Below, in pieces: positions 36,767 through 46,621 of a stretch of DNA of 64,000 nt. The DNA is taken from contig CAZRFL010000012.1 in NCBI GenBank assembly GCA_964599365.1, forward strand, positions 2,241-66,240, read 5' to 3'. This stretch comes from an uncultured Bacteroidales bacterium. GTDB lineage: Bacteria > Bacteroidota > Bacteroidia > Bacteroidales > CAIWKO01. A model generated the notes under the pieces. It saw only the letters and a list, made by a program, of their open reading frames with translations. It searched no databases and was not told the DNA's origin. The translations under genes were made by a program, and so were the position numbers. Position 1 is the stretch's first letter, and each line of letters opens with the position of its first letter.

Positions 36767-37399
36767 ATGAAATATTCCCTCTTAAAATACTTCCTCTGCC
36801 TGTTGACAAGCGTGTTACTGCTGCCCTGTTTTGCCCAGACTTCCAAAACCAGCTTCATGGACGACAATCTGGCCTTTCGCAAAAAGATGAACGAAGAATT
36901 CCGTGATACCGCCGAAACCCCTCTGACCAAGGAGGGTTTGCTGGCTTTTAAGGAGATTGAATTCTTCCCCATACGGGAGAAATATTGTGTGAAAGCCAAA
37001 CTGGTACTTACACCCGACGAGAAACCTTTCGAGATGCCCCGTTCCAAAGGCAACACAGGAACCTATCGTAAATACGGTGTGGCTACCTTTACCCTCGACG
37101 GCAAAGAATGCCATTTGAGCGTCTATCAATTCATGAAACTCATCAACGACCCTCAATATAAGAACGATCTTTTTCTGCCTTTCAAAGACCTGACCAACGG
37201 CAAGGAAACCTATGGAGGGGGACGTTTTCTGGAACTTCAAATACATGAAGGCGACGAACTGCTGATAGACTTCAACAAAGCTTACAATCCTTTATGCTGT
37301 TATCACAATCCTAAGTATTCCTGTCCCATTCCGCCGCCTGAAAATCATCTGCAGGTGAAGATACTGGCAGGGGAGAAGAAGTATAAGGGGGAGAAGTAG
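36767..37399 (+). CDS. DUF1684 domain-containing protein (secreted)
   Basis: Signal peptide. The C-terminal segment YNPLCCYHNPKYSCPIPPPENHLQVKILAGEKKY is the conserved DUF1684 end motif. Confidence 0.8.
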   Translation: MKYSLLKYFLCLLTSVLLLPCFAQTSKTSFMDDNLAFRKKMNEEFRDTAETPLTKEGLLAFKEIEFFPIREKYCVKAKLVLTPDEKPFEMPRSKGNTGTYRKYGVATFTLDGKECHLSVYQFMKLINDPQYKNDLFLPFKDLTNGKETYGGGRFLELQIHEGDELLIDFNKAYNPLCCYHNPKYSCPIPPPENHLQVKILAGEKKYKGEK

Positions 37400-37434
37400 T
37401 CTCCGGAATTTGATGAGTTGAGTTGAAACGGCTC

Positions 37435-38916
37435 TCAGTTTCCTGATTTTATTACTTTAAAGGATACAGATTTTTTAGAACCGCAAATCGTAATAAAATA
37501 AAGACCGTCGGCCATTCCTGTGAGATCGGCAAGGTATGAAATATCTCCCGCAACTGTAATGTTCTCAGTAAATACTACCCTGCCCTGCAGGTCGCTTATT
37601 CTTATTACATCATAGGATGATGAGGAGTTTGGCAAGCTGATAGTGTATTTTCCTGTGGATACCGTTGGCATAACAGAAATTTCCTGAATGGGTTCATTTA
37701 CCATAAGGGTTTCAATTCCGGTAACATTCTGCGTAGTGTTACTATAGCTGCAGTGCAGACCCATCTTGACCAGATAAATATTGTCGATTCCGTTGCCCAT
37801 ATTATTGGTATTGCCTATCATGGCATAGGCCGAATCTCTGGTTTGTATCACATCAAAGGCTTCTTCATCACCCAACGATCCGTCGGTATGACTGCATTTG
37901 AATTGATTGTGTTCGCCCATCAGATAAAATGCCGCATCCTTGCCTCCGTTACCAAAACTGGTGGTGTAACCAGCTATGGCATATTGTGCCGAATCCGTAA
38001 TGAAAACAGAGTTAAACACATCCTCACCCAACTGAATGTTCCACGATTCGGGAAGCATCCAGACAAAATTCCTGTTCTTGTCATATTTTGCCAACCAGCC
38101 ATCGTGCAACACAGCATTATAACTCATGGTCGAACCTACAAAAACAAAACCCGAGTCTGGGGTTTGTTTGATGGAGTTTATGATGTCTTCTTTTTCCTGA
38201 CCGTAAGTTGCGGTCCACAGGGTATCGCCGTTCAGGTCAAGATTCAGAACATAGCCGTCGTAGCTTCCGTGTCCGAAACTATTGGTAGTGGCTCCGATAA
38301 GATAGGTACTGTCGTAACGGATGTCTGCCGACATCGCATTGTCGGTGCTGTCGCCTCCGAAAACTTTGGTCCAGAGGGTATCGCCGCTCAGGTTGGTCTT
38401 TATCACATAAATATTCCCGGCTGCGGGTCCGTAACTGAAGGTCTGCCCTGATATCAGGTAAGCGTTGTCTTTGGTTTCTATCACTGAATTTCCCATATCC
38501 CAATCCGCACCTCCATAGGTCTTTTCCCATTGCACCACAGCATTCGAATCGGTTTTAACCAAAAGAACGTCATAGCCTTTTGCGGGATGTTTGTTGGTGA
38601 GGCCTGTGATCAGAAAACCTTTGTCGGCAGTTCTTATAAAATCGTTGGCGGAATAAATGGAAGCATCTCCTATGGTTCTTTCAAAAAGAATTACTCCCAA
38701 TGAATCGATGCGAATGATGTGGATATTGGTGTTGGCAATATCACCGTTCTCATTGGCTAACAAATAATATCCGCCATCCCAGGCCTGAAGTATGCGTTTG
38801 CCGTAATTGTAGGGCATTTGCCCGTAGGTTTTATTGAAGGTGACCTGCGATTGCGCAGTAGTATTTGCCAGAAGAAGGAAAAGTATGGAAAAGATTATGG
38901 CCGAAAGTTTTTTCAT
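37435..38916 (-). CDS. secreted repeat (beta-propeller-like) protein with T9SS type-A CTD
   Basis: Signal peptide. About 7 repeats of roughly 45 aa fit the pattern YGG..D.G.SVI.T.D..Y.I.G.T.SFG.G..D.Y..K....GDTLW. The C-terminus reads DLQGRVVFTE...DGLYFITICGSKKSVSFKVIKS. Confidence 0.7.
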   Translation of the reverse strand: MKKLSAIIFSILFLLLANTTAQSQVTFNKTYGQMPYNYGKRILQAWDGGYYLLANENGDIANTNIHIIRIDSLGVILFERTIGDASIYSANDFIRTADKGFLITGLTNKHPAKGYDVLLVKTDSNAVVQWEKTYGGADWDMGNSVIETKDNAYLISGQTFSYGPAAGNIYVIKTNLSGDTLWTKVFGGDSTDNAMSADIRYDSTYLIGATTNSFGHGSYDGYVLNLDLNGDTLWTATYGQEKEDIINSIKQTPDSGFVFVGSTMSYNAVLHDGWLAKYDKNRNFVWMLPESWNIQLGEDVFNSVFITDSAQYAIAGYTTSFGNGGKDAAFYLMGEHNQFKCSHTDGSLGDEEAFDVIQTRDSAYAMIGNTNNMGNGIDNIYLVKMGLHCSYSNTTQNVTGIETLMVNEPIQEISVMPTVSTGKYTISLPNSSSSYDVIRISDLQGRVVFTENITVAGDISYLADLTGMADGLYFITICGSKKSVSFKVIKSGN

Positions 38917-38917
38917 A

Positions 38918-40249
38918 CTATAGCGTTTTAATAATAGAAACGTAAGCCCCCAATCCTGCCGAATGTTTCACATCGAGAAATCCGTTCAGGTAATCGGTTC
39001 GTAGCTCAAAAAAGAATTTGCTGTTGATAGAAGCCGAAAGGCCCAGTCCGTAGTTCAGTCGGCCATATCCTCCGTATTCAATGTTGGGGCTGATGCAAAC
39101 CAACGATCTTTTCATATATATGCGGTAGGTCGGCTCGAAACGGATCAGGGGATTGAAGTGCAGAAAATGATAATTGATCAGGCTCAGCGATAAAGACAAC
39201 CTGTCCTGCAGTAAATACCTTGTATAATTGATACTGCCTTTCATAGGGATCATTCGGGTGAACCTTGAGGTTTTATCGGAATATACAAATTCGTTTTTGA
39301 GGCTGTCGCCCGAAAAAACGCTAATGGTTTCGGTATTCAGATCGAAAATATTCCCAATGTCAATCCCATCAAAAGTGATCAGGGTGTCTCTGCTGAATTG
39401 CTGGGAATGCTTGTTCCATGTGATGAATCCCAGATTCTCCATTTTGATCTCAAATGAACTGTGTGCATCCCGATGATAGAACGACAGATCGAGGCTCATA
39501 CCCAGGCCGTTCTCAGCCCCAAACTTCGAACTGAGGGTGTCTGAACGCTGCATGTTCATTTGCAGGTCCAATGCCAGGTATTCCGCATTGCTGTGGGTAA
39601 AGAAGTTTCCTTTGGGAATGCTGTACGACAACAGCGATTGCCCGTTGTTGATCCCCAAACCCGCCGTCAGCACATTCACCTTTGCCTTGCCAAACCAGGT
39701 TTTAATGACACCCGCTTTGATCTGCTGAAAGTTCATTAAAGTAAAGTATTGTTTGTCAAGGTAAGCATTTTGGCCAGCCAGGTCCTTATTGCCAAAAAAC
39801 ACCAGTTGGAACAGGTTCTTATCGAAGCACAGTTCTCCGTAATTGTGGTTTTCGAAAGCAGCGTAATAGCTGATGCCTTTCTTCCTAGAAGGGATATTTA
39901 TCCGCAGTTGTGTCACCCAGTTGTATCCTATCAGGTTCTTTTGTTCTTTGAGCCTGTTCAGGTTCTGAGTTTTTAGATCAGCGGAAAGATAATTGCCATT
40001 GTAAAACTGATTGATAAAATCGTTGTTGATCCCATTTGAGTTGAAAGAGGCTTCGGATTGTAAAGTAAGGTAGGTATGATTGTAATCAATATCGTAAGTG
40101 TCTCCGTCTGGGGTGTATTGTGGAGAAGAGTTGAAACCCGGCGTTACAGTGAAATGGTATTGACTGAACAAAGGATTTGCCATGAGCATGAAGGCAAGCA
40201 TGCCTAAGTGAAATACTATATGTCTGATCAAGTTCCTTTTCATCCGCAT
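38918..40249 (-). CDS. putative outer-membrane beta-barrel protein
   Basis: Signal peptide. Alternating hydrophobic beta-strand patterning runs throughout, with an aromatic-rich sequence and the terminal strand GLGAYVSIIKTL. No family was recognised with certainty. Confidence 0.45.
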   Translation of the reverse strand: MRMKRNLIRHIVFHLGMLAFMLMANPLFSQYHFTVTPGFNSSPQYTPDGDTYDIDYNHTYLTLQSEASFNSNGINNDFINQFYNGNYLSADLKTQNLNRLKEQKNLIGYNWVTQLRINIPSRKKGISYYAAFENHNYGELCFDKNLFQLVFFGNKDLAGQNAYLDKQYFTLMNFQQIKAGVIKTWFGKAKVNVLTAGLGINNGQSLLSYSIPKGNFFTHSNAEYLALDLQMNMQRSDTLSSKFGAENGLGMSLDLSFYHRDAHSSFEIKMENLGFITWNKHSQQFSRDTLITFDGIDIGNIFDLNTETISVFSGDSLKNEFVYSDKTSRFTRMIPMKGSINYTRYLLQDRLSLSLSLINYHFLHFNPLIRFEPTYRIYMKRSLVCISPNIEYGGYGRLNYGLGLSASINSKFFFELRTDYLNGFLDVKHSAGLGAYVSIIKTL

Positions 40250-41826
40250 TACATTCCGACAGTGTAATTGAAATCGCCCGTGAGTTTAAGCTTAAGGTCA
40301 TAGGTGCTGTATATTTTCACATAGTGGCCCAACCCGGCAGTGTTGAATTTGGCTACCAGATAGGCTTTCTTGTAAAGGAAAAAGGATTGATACCTGTCAG
40401 CGGGCAGTATAATATCAAATTCGGTTCTTCGCGGAGTTATCACTTTATAATCGGCATCCAGTGCCGGTGCTTCAATGATACTGCTGACCAGCAAGGAATC
40501 CGCAATATGATTATTGGCATCTATCAGGTAGATCTGAAAGTCAGCACTGAAAGGAAATCCATTGTCAGCTATCAGTTTTAGTTTTCCTGACGAAGGATTG
40601 TCCCTGTATTCGCCCAAATCCCAGTTCACCGAATCGGCCAGGGTGAGATCATTTGCTATAAGCGATAAGGGTATCTCAAGGTTCAGCAGGGTCTTCAGAT
40701 AATTGCCCTTATACACGAAATCGTTGCCTGAAGAAACGTTTCCCAATGGATTGGTGGTGATATGCAACTGATAGGTAATCTTGTCGGGCATATCTTCCAG
40801 CATGTTCACCACATTCGAATTGCTGAGAGGGAAAGAATAAGTGGCAGGCGTAACCGGCGAGGCAGGGTTGTGGGTTTCTGTTCCTCGCGATATGTTGAGC
40901 GTCTGACCTATGATGGGGTCGTTAAATAGTATCTCATGACCGGTTTCGGTATTAATGGTACTCACTTTATCGAAAACCACGCGGGCATCCATACCGAAGC
41001 CATTCTGCACATCCAGCGACATTTTTACATTATCGAGATCGAAATTACCTGAAGTGAAAATGTTGAAGATGTCCATGTTGGTGGTGTCGGGCCCCAGCTC
41101 ATTGCTGCTGCTCCCGAAATAGCCTTTGGCATAACTGAATTTGATCTTCTCCAGCCTAACGTTAAAATAGAGCTGATCCTGTGCATCCAGTGTAATTTGG
41201 TTACCGGCAGGGTCCAGCACAGCAACGGTTTGGTTGACCAGGGTGTTACAGTCCAGGTGGGTCGATCCGCGCATATCGAGTGAGTATCCTGCCACGTCAA
41301 TGGATTTGGAGAAATGCACCATGTTACCTGCTGTGGCAGCAGGAACCATTTCGGTAAATACAAGGGGGACGCCATTTTTTAAGGCATAAGGTACTTTGTA
41401 AGTAACAAAAATATTCTGAGTGAGCGAGCTGTTCACTTCCAGTATCAGTTTGCCGCCGCAGAAATCTACCTGGCTGATCTGTGCATTCTGTATTTGCAGT
41501 TTGGTGTCTTCCGTAAAGTCAAAAAAGGTTTGTCCGGGATGAAGTATGGCCCCGCTGAGCGAAGGCAATGCATTTTGCGAAATGGTGTCCGGAAAATCAG
41601 AAAGAGAATCTAGCACGTAGTCAGTCAAATTGAACTGAAAGACCAAACTCAGAAAATTATCCGGATTATTCACCAGGTTTGAATCAGCAACGATATCGCC
41701 AAAATCCAGAGAGGTGTTGAAAATAGGAGCATACACACCAATATCCCAACTGGGATCTATCTTTTTCTGACACGAAGAAAACGAAAGGAGAAGCAGTAGA
41801 AAAAGAAGCGTTTTTTTTATTTTCAT
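40249..41826 (-). CDS. hypothetical lipoprotein
   Basis: Lipobox LLLLSFSSC. 525 aa with beta-rich composition. Its stop overlaps the start of the next gene (TAATG). Confidence 0.5.
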   Translation of the reverse strand: MKIKKTLLFLLLLLSFSSCQKKIDPSWDIGVYAPIFNTSLDFGDIVADSNLVNNPDNFLSLVFQFNLTDYVLDSLSDFPDTISQNALPSLSGAILHPGQTFFDFTEDTKLQIQNAQISQVDFCGGKLILEVNSSLTQNIFVTYKVPYALKNGVPLVFTEMVPAATAGNMVHFSKSIDVAGYSLDMRGSTHLDCNTLVNQTVAVLDPAGNQITLDAQDQLYFNVRLEKIKFSYAKGYFGSSSNELGPDTTNMDIFNIFTSGNFDLDNVKMSLDVQNGFGMDARVVFDKVSTINTETGHEILFNDPIIGQTLNISRGTETHNPASPVTPATYSFPLSNSNVVNMLEDMPDKITYQLHITTNPLGNVSSGNDFVYKGNYLKTLLNLEIPLSLIANDLTLADSVNWDLGEYRDNPSSGKLKLIADNGFPFSADFQIYLIDANNHIADSLLVSSIIEAPALDADYKVITPRRTEFDIILPADRYQSFFLYKKAYLVAKFNTAGLGHYVKIYSTYDLKLKLTGDFNYTVGM

Positions 41827-41904
41827 TAATTAAGTCAGCTATTACACAGAGTTACTAATCCGTCGTTTGGCGGACACAAAGATACATAGAGAATTCTTTA
41901 CTTT

Positions 41905-42022
41905 TATCCAATTATCCATTTTTCCACCCAACAATATAACAATTGAACCATGTACCCATTTCCATCTATCCAATTTTCCAATCTTCCACTCATCCAATCT
42001 TCCATTCTTCCCTTCCCCACCT
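41905..42022. repeat. intergenic word-stutter tract (TTCCA / ATCCAAT words)
   Basis: tatccaattatccatttttccacccaacaatataacaattgaacc...ccatttccatctatccaattttccaatcttccactcatccaatcttccattcttccc. It shares CAACAATATAACAAT with 9070-9084. Confidence 0.75.
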
Positions 42023-43293
42023 CAATACTTATATTTTTTCGTCCACCGTGTTTTCAAAAACTTCCTGATCTCGTTCTCGCGAGCATTAGCCTGAGGCTCG
42101 TAAAAGGTCGTCCCCGCAATTTTCTCCGGCAGGAACTCCTGTTCAGCAAAGTTGTTTTCGAAATCGTGGGAATATTTATACTCTTTTCCGTAGCCTATTT
42201 CTTTCATAAGCGTGGTGGGCGAATTGCGCAAAGCCAGCGGCACAGGCAGATCTCCTGTCTGCTTTATTTTGGCTTGGGCATTCAGCAGGGCCATATACGA
42301 TGCGTTGCTCTTCGGCGAAGTGGCCAGATAAATGGCCGTTTGCGAAAGTATCAACTGACATTCCGGATAGCCTATCATCTGCACGGCCTGAAAACAATTG
42401 GTAGCCAGCAGCAGGGCATTCGGGTTGGCATTGCCAATATCTTCCGAAGCCAGTATCAGCATGCGCCGGGCAATAAACTTGGGGTCTTCGCCACCATCCA
42501 CCATACGTGCCAGCCAATAAACTGCCGCATTTGGATCGCTGCCACGCATCGATTTGATGAAAGCCGAAATAATATCATAATGTTGTTCGCCCAGTTTGTC
42601 GTACAAAGCCAGGTTTTGTTGCACCACATCCATCACCAGTTGATTGCTGATGACTATCTCCTGCTGTTTCGAGCGTTCCGATTCAACCACCAGTTCCAGT
42701 GCATTCAGCAGTTTGCGTGCATCTCCTCCCGATATGCGCAACAATGCTTCGTCTTCTTTCAGGGTGATATCCACCTCATATTGTTGTTTCAGCAGCTTCA
42801 TGCCATTGGCAATGATCTGCTGCAGCTCAGCTTTTTCAAGATTTTTAAGGATATACACCTGGCATCGGGAAAGCAGGGGCGAGATCACCTCGAAGGAAGG
42901 GTTTTCTGTGGTGGCACCTATCAGCGTGATGATGCCTTTTTCCACGGCACTCAGCAGCGAATCTTGTTGTGCCTTGTTGAATCGGTGAATTTCGTCGATA
43001 AACAGAACGCTTTTCTTTTCGTCGGTGCCGGCTTTTTCTATGATGCTGCGCACATCTTTCACCCCGGCATTTACGGCACTCAGGGTATAAAACGGTCGGT
43101 CCAATAGTTGCGAAATAATGAAAGCCAAAGTGGTTTTTCCCACACCGGGAGGCCCCCACAAAATCATCGAGGGTATGTTACCCGATTCAATGGCTTTGCG
43201 CAACACAGCCCCTTCACCAATCAAATGCCGCTGACCGATGTAGTCATCAAAACCCACGGGACGCATTTGTTCGGCTAAAGGAGTGGCTTGCAT
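42022..43293 (-). CDS. rarA: replication-associated recombination protein A (AAA+ ATPase)
   Basis: Walker A LWGPPGVGKTTLA, Walker B VLFIDEIHRFNK, and the MgsA C-terminal domain (YDIISAFIKSMRGSDPNAAVYWLARM). Confidence 0.9.
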   Translation of the reverse strand: MQATPLAEQMRPVGFDDYIGQRHLIGEGAVLRKAIESGNIPSMILWGPPGVGKTTLAFIISQLLDRPFYTLSAVNAGVKDVRSIIEKAGTDEKKSVLFIDEIHRFNKAQQDSLLSAVEKGIITLIGATTENPSFEVISPLLSRCQVYILKNLEKAELQQIIANGMKLLKQQYEVDITLKEDEALLRISGGDARKLLNALELVVESERSKQQEIVISNQLVMDVVQQNLALYDKLGEQHYDIISAFIKSMRGSDPNAAVYWLARMVDGGEDPKFIARRMLILASEDIGNANPNALLLATNCFQAVQMIGYPECQLILSQTAIYLATSPKSNASYMALLNAQAKIKQTGDLPVPLALRNSPTTLMKEIGYGKEYKYSHDFENNFAEQEFLPEKIAGTTFYEPQANARENEIRKFLKTRWTKKYKY

Positions 43294-43407
43294 AAAGAAA
43301 TATTGTACGAAGTTAAGAAAAAAACAGAAGTCATAATTTTGAAATCTGAATTCTTAAATCGAAAATCTCAAATCTTAAATCTTAAATCTAAAATCAAAAA
43401 CCTCCAC

Positions 43408-44289
43408 TCACCAAATGATCCTCAGCGAAGCCGGCAGAATCCGTACATTCAGTTCTTTTCCCAGGTTGATCTCGTCGCCGTCTATATGGGCAATATTGTT
43501 TTTGTGTTGTATCACCCTGATCTCTTTCGCCCGTATGATATTCACAAAGGGAGTTTTGTGTGCCAAACCCATAAATATAAAAGGTATCACAAAAGCCGCA
43601 TAATATATCAGAGGTTTCCTTACTATGCAAAAATCCAGATATCCGTCGTCAATCACTGCCGTAGGGGCAATGCGTGCATTAAAACCAAACTGGTCTGAGT
43701 TGGCAAAGCTCAGCATAAAAGCGCTTCGGTTAATCTTTTTTCCGTTCACATAAATCCTAAAGCGTTTGGGATTGTATTTTATATACTCCGTAAAAGCGAT
43801 GCGGGCATAAGCCCAGAAACCCCGTTTCTTCGACTGCGAGAAGCGTTCAGCTACATGCGAATCGAAACCCACACCGGCAATGCTCACAAAAAGTCTTCCG
43901 TTGATCTCGCCTGTGTCCATAGGTTTCACCCTGAAACGGTTGATGATATCGAGTCCTTTGCGGGTCTTCAGTGGTATATTAAGGAAATGTGCCAATCCAT
44001 TGCCCGAACCTGCGGGTATAATACCCATGGCGGTTTCTGTATGCACCACGCCCTGGGCCACTTCGTTAATGGTCCCGTCGCCACCCACGGCCACCACAGC
44101 ATCATAGTTTCGTTGGGCGGCTTCGCGGCTCAGTTCGGTAGCATGAGCTTTGGCCTCCGTGTAGCATATCTCGTGATCGAAAAACCGGGCATCAATATGA
44201 CTGGCTATCAGCTTCTCTATCTTTTGCTGCTTCCCTATTCCCGATTTGGGATTGATGATAAACCGTATCTTTTTCCTGGGCTCACTCAT
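43408..44289 (-). CDS. diacylglycerol/lipid kinase family protein (DAGK_cat, YegS/BmrU-like)
   Basis: IRFIINPKSGIGKQ, VVAVGGDGTINEV and GIIPAGSGNGLA motifs. Confidence 0.8.
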   Translation of the reverse strand: MSEPRKKIRFIINPKSGIGKQQKIEKLIASHIDARFFDHEICYTEAKAHATELSREAAQRNYDAVVAVGGDGTINEVAQGVVHTETAMGIIPAGSGNGLAHFLNIPLKTRKGLDIINRFRVKPMDTGEINGRLFVSIAGVGFDSHVAERFSQSKKRGFWAYARIAFTEYIKYNPKRFRIYVNGKKINRSAFMLSFANSDQFGFNARIAPTAVIDDGYLDFCIVRKPLIYYAAFVIPFIFMGLAHKTPFVNIIRAKEIRVIQHKNNIAHIDGDEINLGKELNVRILPASLRIIW

Positions 44290-46216
44290 CTGTTTCGGTC
44301 AGTTTGTTTTCTATCATCCGCCCATTATACGTTTGAATATAGGCTTTCAGGAAAGTTTCTATGGTTTTTGCCCTTTCGGGAGATGTTGGCAGCAGGTTGT
44401 TTTTCAAAAGCCTGTCTGCCGAAAGATCATACAAGCCTATGGGTTTATCATTGCTGAATTGCAACACATACCCATCTTTCACTAGTTGGTAAACATTGTT
44501 CACATACGAAACAGCAAAGTGAGGCCCTACACTATCGAACACACTTCGGCCGAAGGCAGCATAAGGTTCTTTATAATGAATCAGATCAAGTATCGATGGC
44601 ATAATGTCGGCTTGTTGGGTCACCATGCTGCTTTGTCCGCTCAACCCGCTGTTGTGCATATAATAAATGATAGGAATGGCATATGCCCCCAGGCTGTTTT
44701 GGTAATAGGGCGATTCCACTATCGAAGTATGGTCGGCCGTAATAACAAATAGTGTACTGTCGAACGAAGGGTCTTTTTCTATAGTGCGAAAGAACTGCTT
44801 CAGCGAATAATCCGCATAGCCCATACTTTCGTGAATCTCGAGTGTGCCTTTCGGGAATTTGTTTTTATATCTTAATGGAACCGAATAGGGATGATGCGAC
44901 GATAAAGTGAAGATAACCGAAACATAAGGCGCTTGGGTTGCCATCAGGGTTTTGGCCGTATATTGAAGAAATTCTTCATCGTAAATACCCCATTCACCAT
45001 CGTAGTCTTTGTCGTTATTATATTCGTTCTTGCCATAATAATTATCGAAGCCGGCTACTTTGGCATATGCATCAAAATTCATGGTGCCATTCTTTCCTCC
45101 ATGAAAGAAAGCCGAACTATAACCCTCTTTTTTCAATAGCAGCGGCAATGAGTTGATCTTGTTTCCCGAAAATACAGAAGTAAGATAAGCGTCATCCATC
45201 AATGCCGGCAATCCCGAAACCACCGCAGGAATACCCTCAATAGAACGTTTTCCGTTGGCAAACGAATAGTTGAAATAAAGACTGTGATCCATCAGCGAAT
45301 CAATGAAGGGAGTGTAGCCTTTGTAAGTACCTGCTTCATGTTCTTTGTTTAGTTTCCCCGAGTATTCTTCCGAAAGGCTCTCCACAATAAGGATCACCAC
45401 ATTCAGTTTCCTGAATTTCTTATCCTCTTTGTTATCGGGAACCACAACAGGGTCGTATATTTTTTTAACTTCTGCCTCTCCGTAATATTTCTTTTCGCTT
45501 ATAGCGTCCATCTCATAAGTGCTAAAAATTGAGAAAGGAGTATTCACTATCAGCGGAATATTATTGGGTGAGGTATATTCACCGGCCGTCACCAGGCTGA
45601 TGGGCCGCAGTTGCAAACCGCCGCGGTAAATCAGCACTGCAAAGGTTATACAGGTCAGAAACCAGAGGGTGTTTGCCAGATATTGCTTCACAGTTTTTAT
45701 CTTATCACTGGCCGGTGTAATGGTTTTCCGGTAAAGAAAAATCATAAGAACGACCAAACCTATCCAGATGAACACCACATACCAATAGTCGGCCAGATAT
45801 TTCCAGAAAACCGTTTGTAAGTCGTCGCCAATAAGACTTCCTTTCACCACATCCCATGTAGTTCGGCGGAAAATAAATTTGAAATAGATCAGGTCTATGC
45901 AGTTTAGCATCAATGCAATGCCGTTGGTAATGTAGAACAGTATCTCCGAGAATTTACGATAGATTTGATGGTCTCTGATATTAAATGGTAGGGTTTGCAG
46001 CGCAACAAAGATCAGGTTGATGAACAAAATGGAAGAAAGATCAAACTTAATCCCATACAGAAACACGGAAAGTAAAGAAGGTAATGTGGCTTCGTGAAAA
46101 TACCCGGCATTAAAGAAATAGAAAAGCAAACGTGAAACTGAAAACAACAAAGTTATGATCCCCAGTCGTGCGATCATAGCCAGGTAAACGTTGCTGAACA
46201 CAGAGGTTTTCTTCAT
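44282..46216 (-). CDS. LTA-synthase-family (LtaS-like) sulfatase-fold phosphoglycerol/phosphoethanolamine transferase
   Basis: Five N-terminal TM helices are followed by an alkaline-phosphatase-superfamily domain (NVVILIVESLSEEY, ITADHTS). The 3' end overlaps the kinase start by 8 nt. Confidence 0.8.
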   Translation of the reverse strand: MKKTSVFSNVYLAMIARLGIITLLFSVSRLLFYFFNAGYFHEATLPSLLSVFLYGIKFDLSSILFINLIFVALQTLPFNIRDHQIYRKFSEILFYITNGIALMLNCIDLIYFKFIFRRTTWDVVKGSLIGDDLQTVFWKYLADYWYVVFIWIGLVVLMIFLYRKTITPASDKIKTVKQYLANTLWFLTCITFAVLIYRGGLQLRPISLVTAGEYTSPNNIPLIVNTPFSIFSTYEMDAISEKKYYGEAEVKKIYDPVVVPDNKEDKKFRKLNVVILIVESLSEEYSGKLNKEHEAGTYKGYTPFIDSLMDHSLYFNYSFANGKRSIEGIPAVVSGLPALMDDAYLTSVFSGNKINSLPLLLKKEGYSSAFFHGGKNGTMNFDAYAKVAGFDNYYGKNEYNNDKDYDGEWGIYDEEFLQYTAKTLMATQAPYVSVIFTLSSHHPYSVPLRYKNKFPKGTLEIHESMGYADYSLKQFFRTIEKDPSFDSTLFVITADHTSIVESPYYQNSLGAYAIPIIYYMHNSGLSGQSSMVTQQADIMPSILDLIHYKEPYAAFGRSVFDSVGPHFAVSYVNNVYQLVKDGYVLQFSNDKPIGLYDLSADRLLKNNLLPTSPERAKTIETFLKAYIQTYNGRMIENKLTETDE

Positions 46217-46273
46217 GCAAATAAAAACGGCTGACTTAGTTTAGAGTTGATTGGGAATTAATTCGGGCGAAGG

Positions 46274-46591
46274 TCAAAATATCATAACGATTACTTTTCT
46301 TTTCACTTCTGCTGCTTGGTTGCCCGCTTTATCCGAAACATTATAAGTGATCCAATAGGTGCTTTCCGTGTGGATATTAACCGGATTGCTTACAACAATA
46401 CTGCTGCTGATATCTCCGTCTATATCATCCGAAGCGGTGGCGCCGGCATCCACATAGGTGCTATCTTTTTGACTGTAAACTTCTGCACTGCCTGTAAGTG
46501 TTATTATCGGGGCTGTTTTATCGGATGAGGTCTTTTTGCAAGCAACGAAAGCAATAAGAAATATCGGAATAAGGATAAGGAGTTTTTTCAT
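46274..46591 (-). CDS. DUF5011 (Ig-like) domain lipoprotein, short form
   Basis: Lipobox FVAC. APIITLTGSAEVY...YVDAGATASDDIDGDISS...YWITYNVSDKAGNQAAEVKRKVIV. Confidence 0.7.
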   Translation of the reverse strand: MKKLLILIPIFLIAFVACKKTSSDKTAPIITLTGSAEVYSQKDSTYVDAGATASDDIDGDISSSIVVSNPVNIHTESTYWITYNVSDKAGNQAAEVKRKVIVMIF

Positions 46592-46621
46592 GACATTATT
46601 ATTAAGTACGAAATTATTGGT

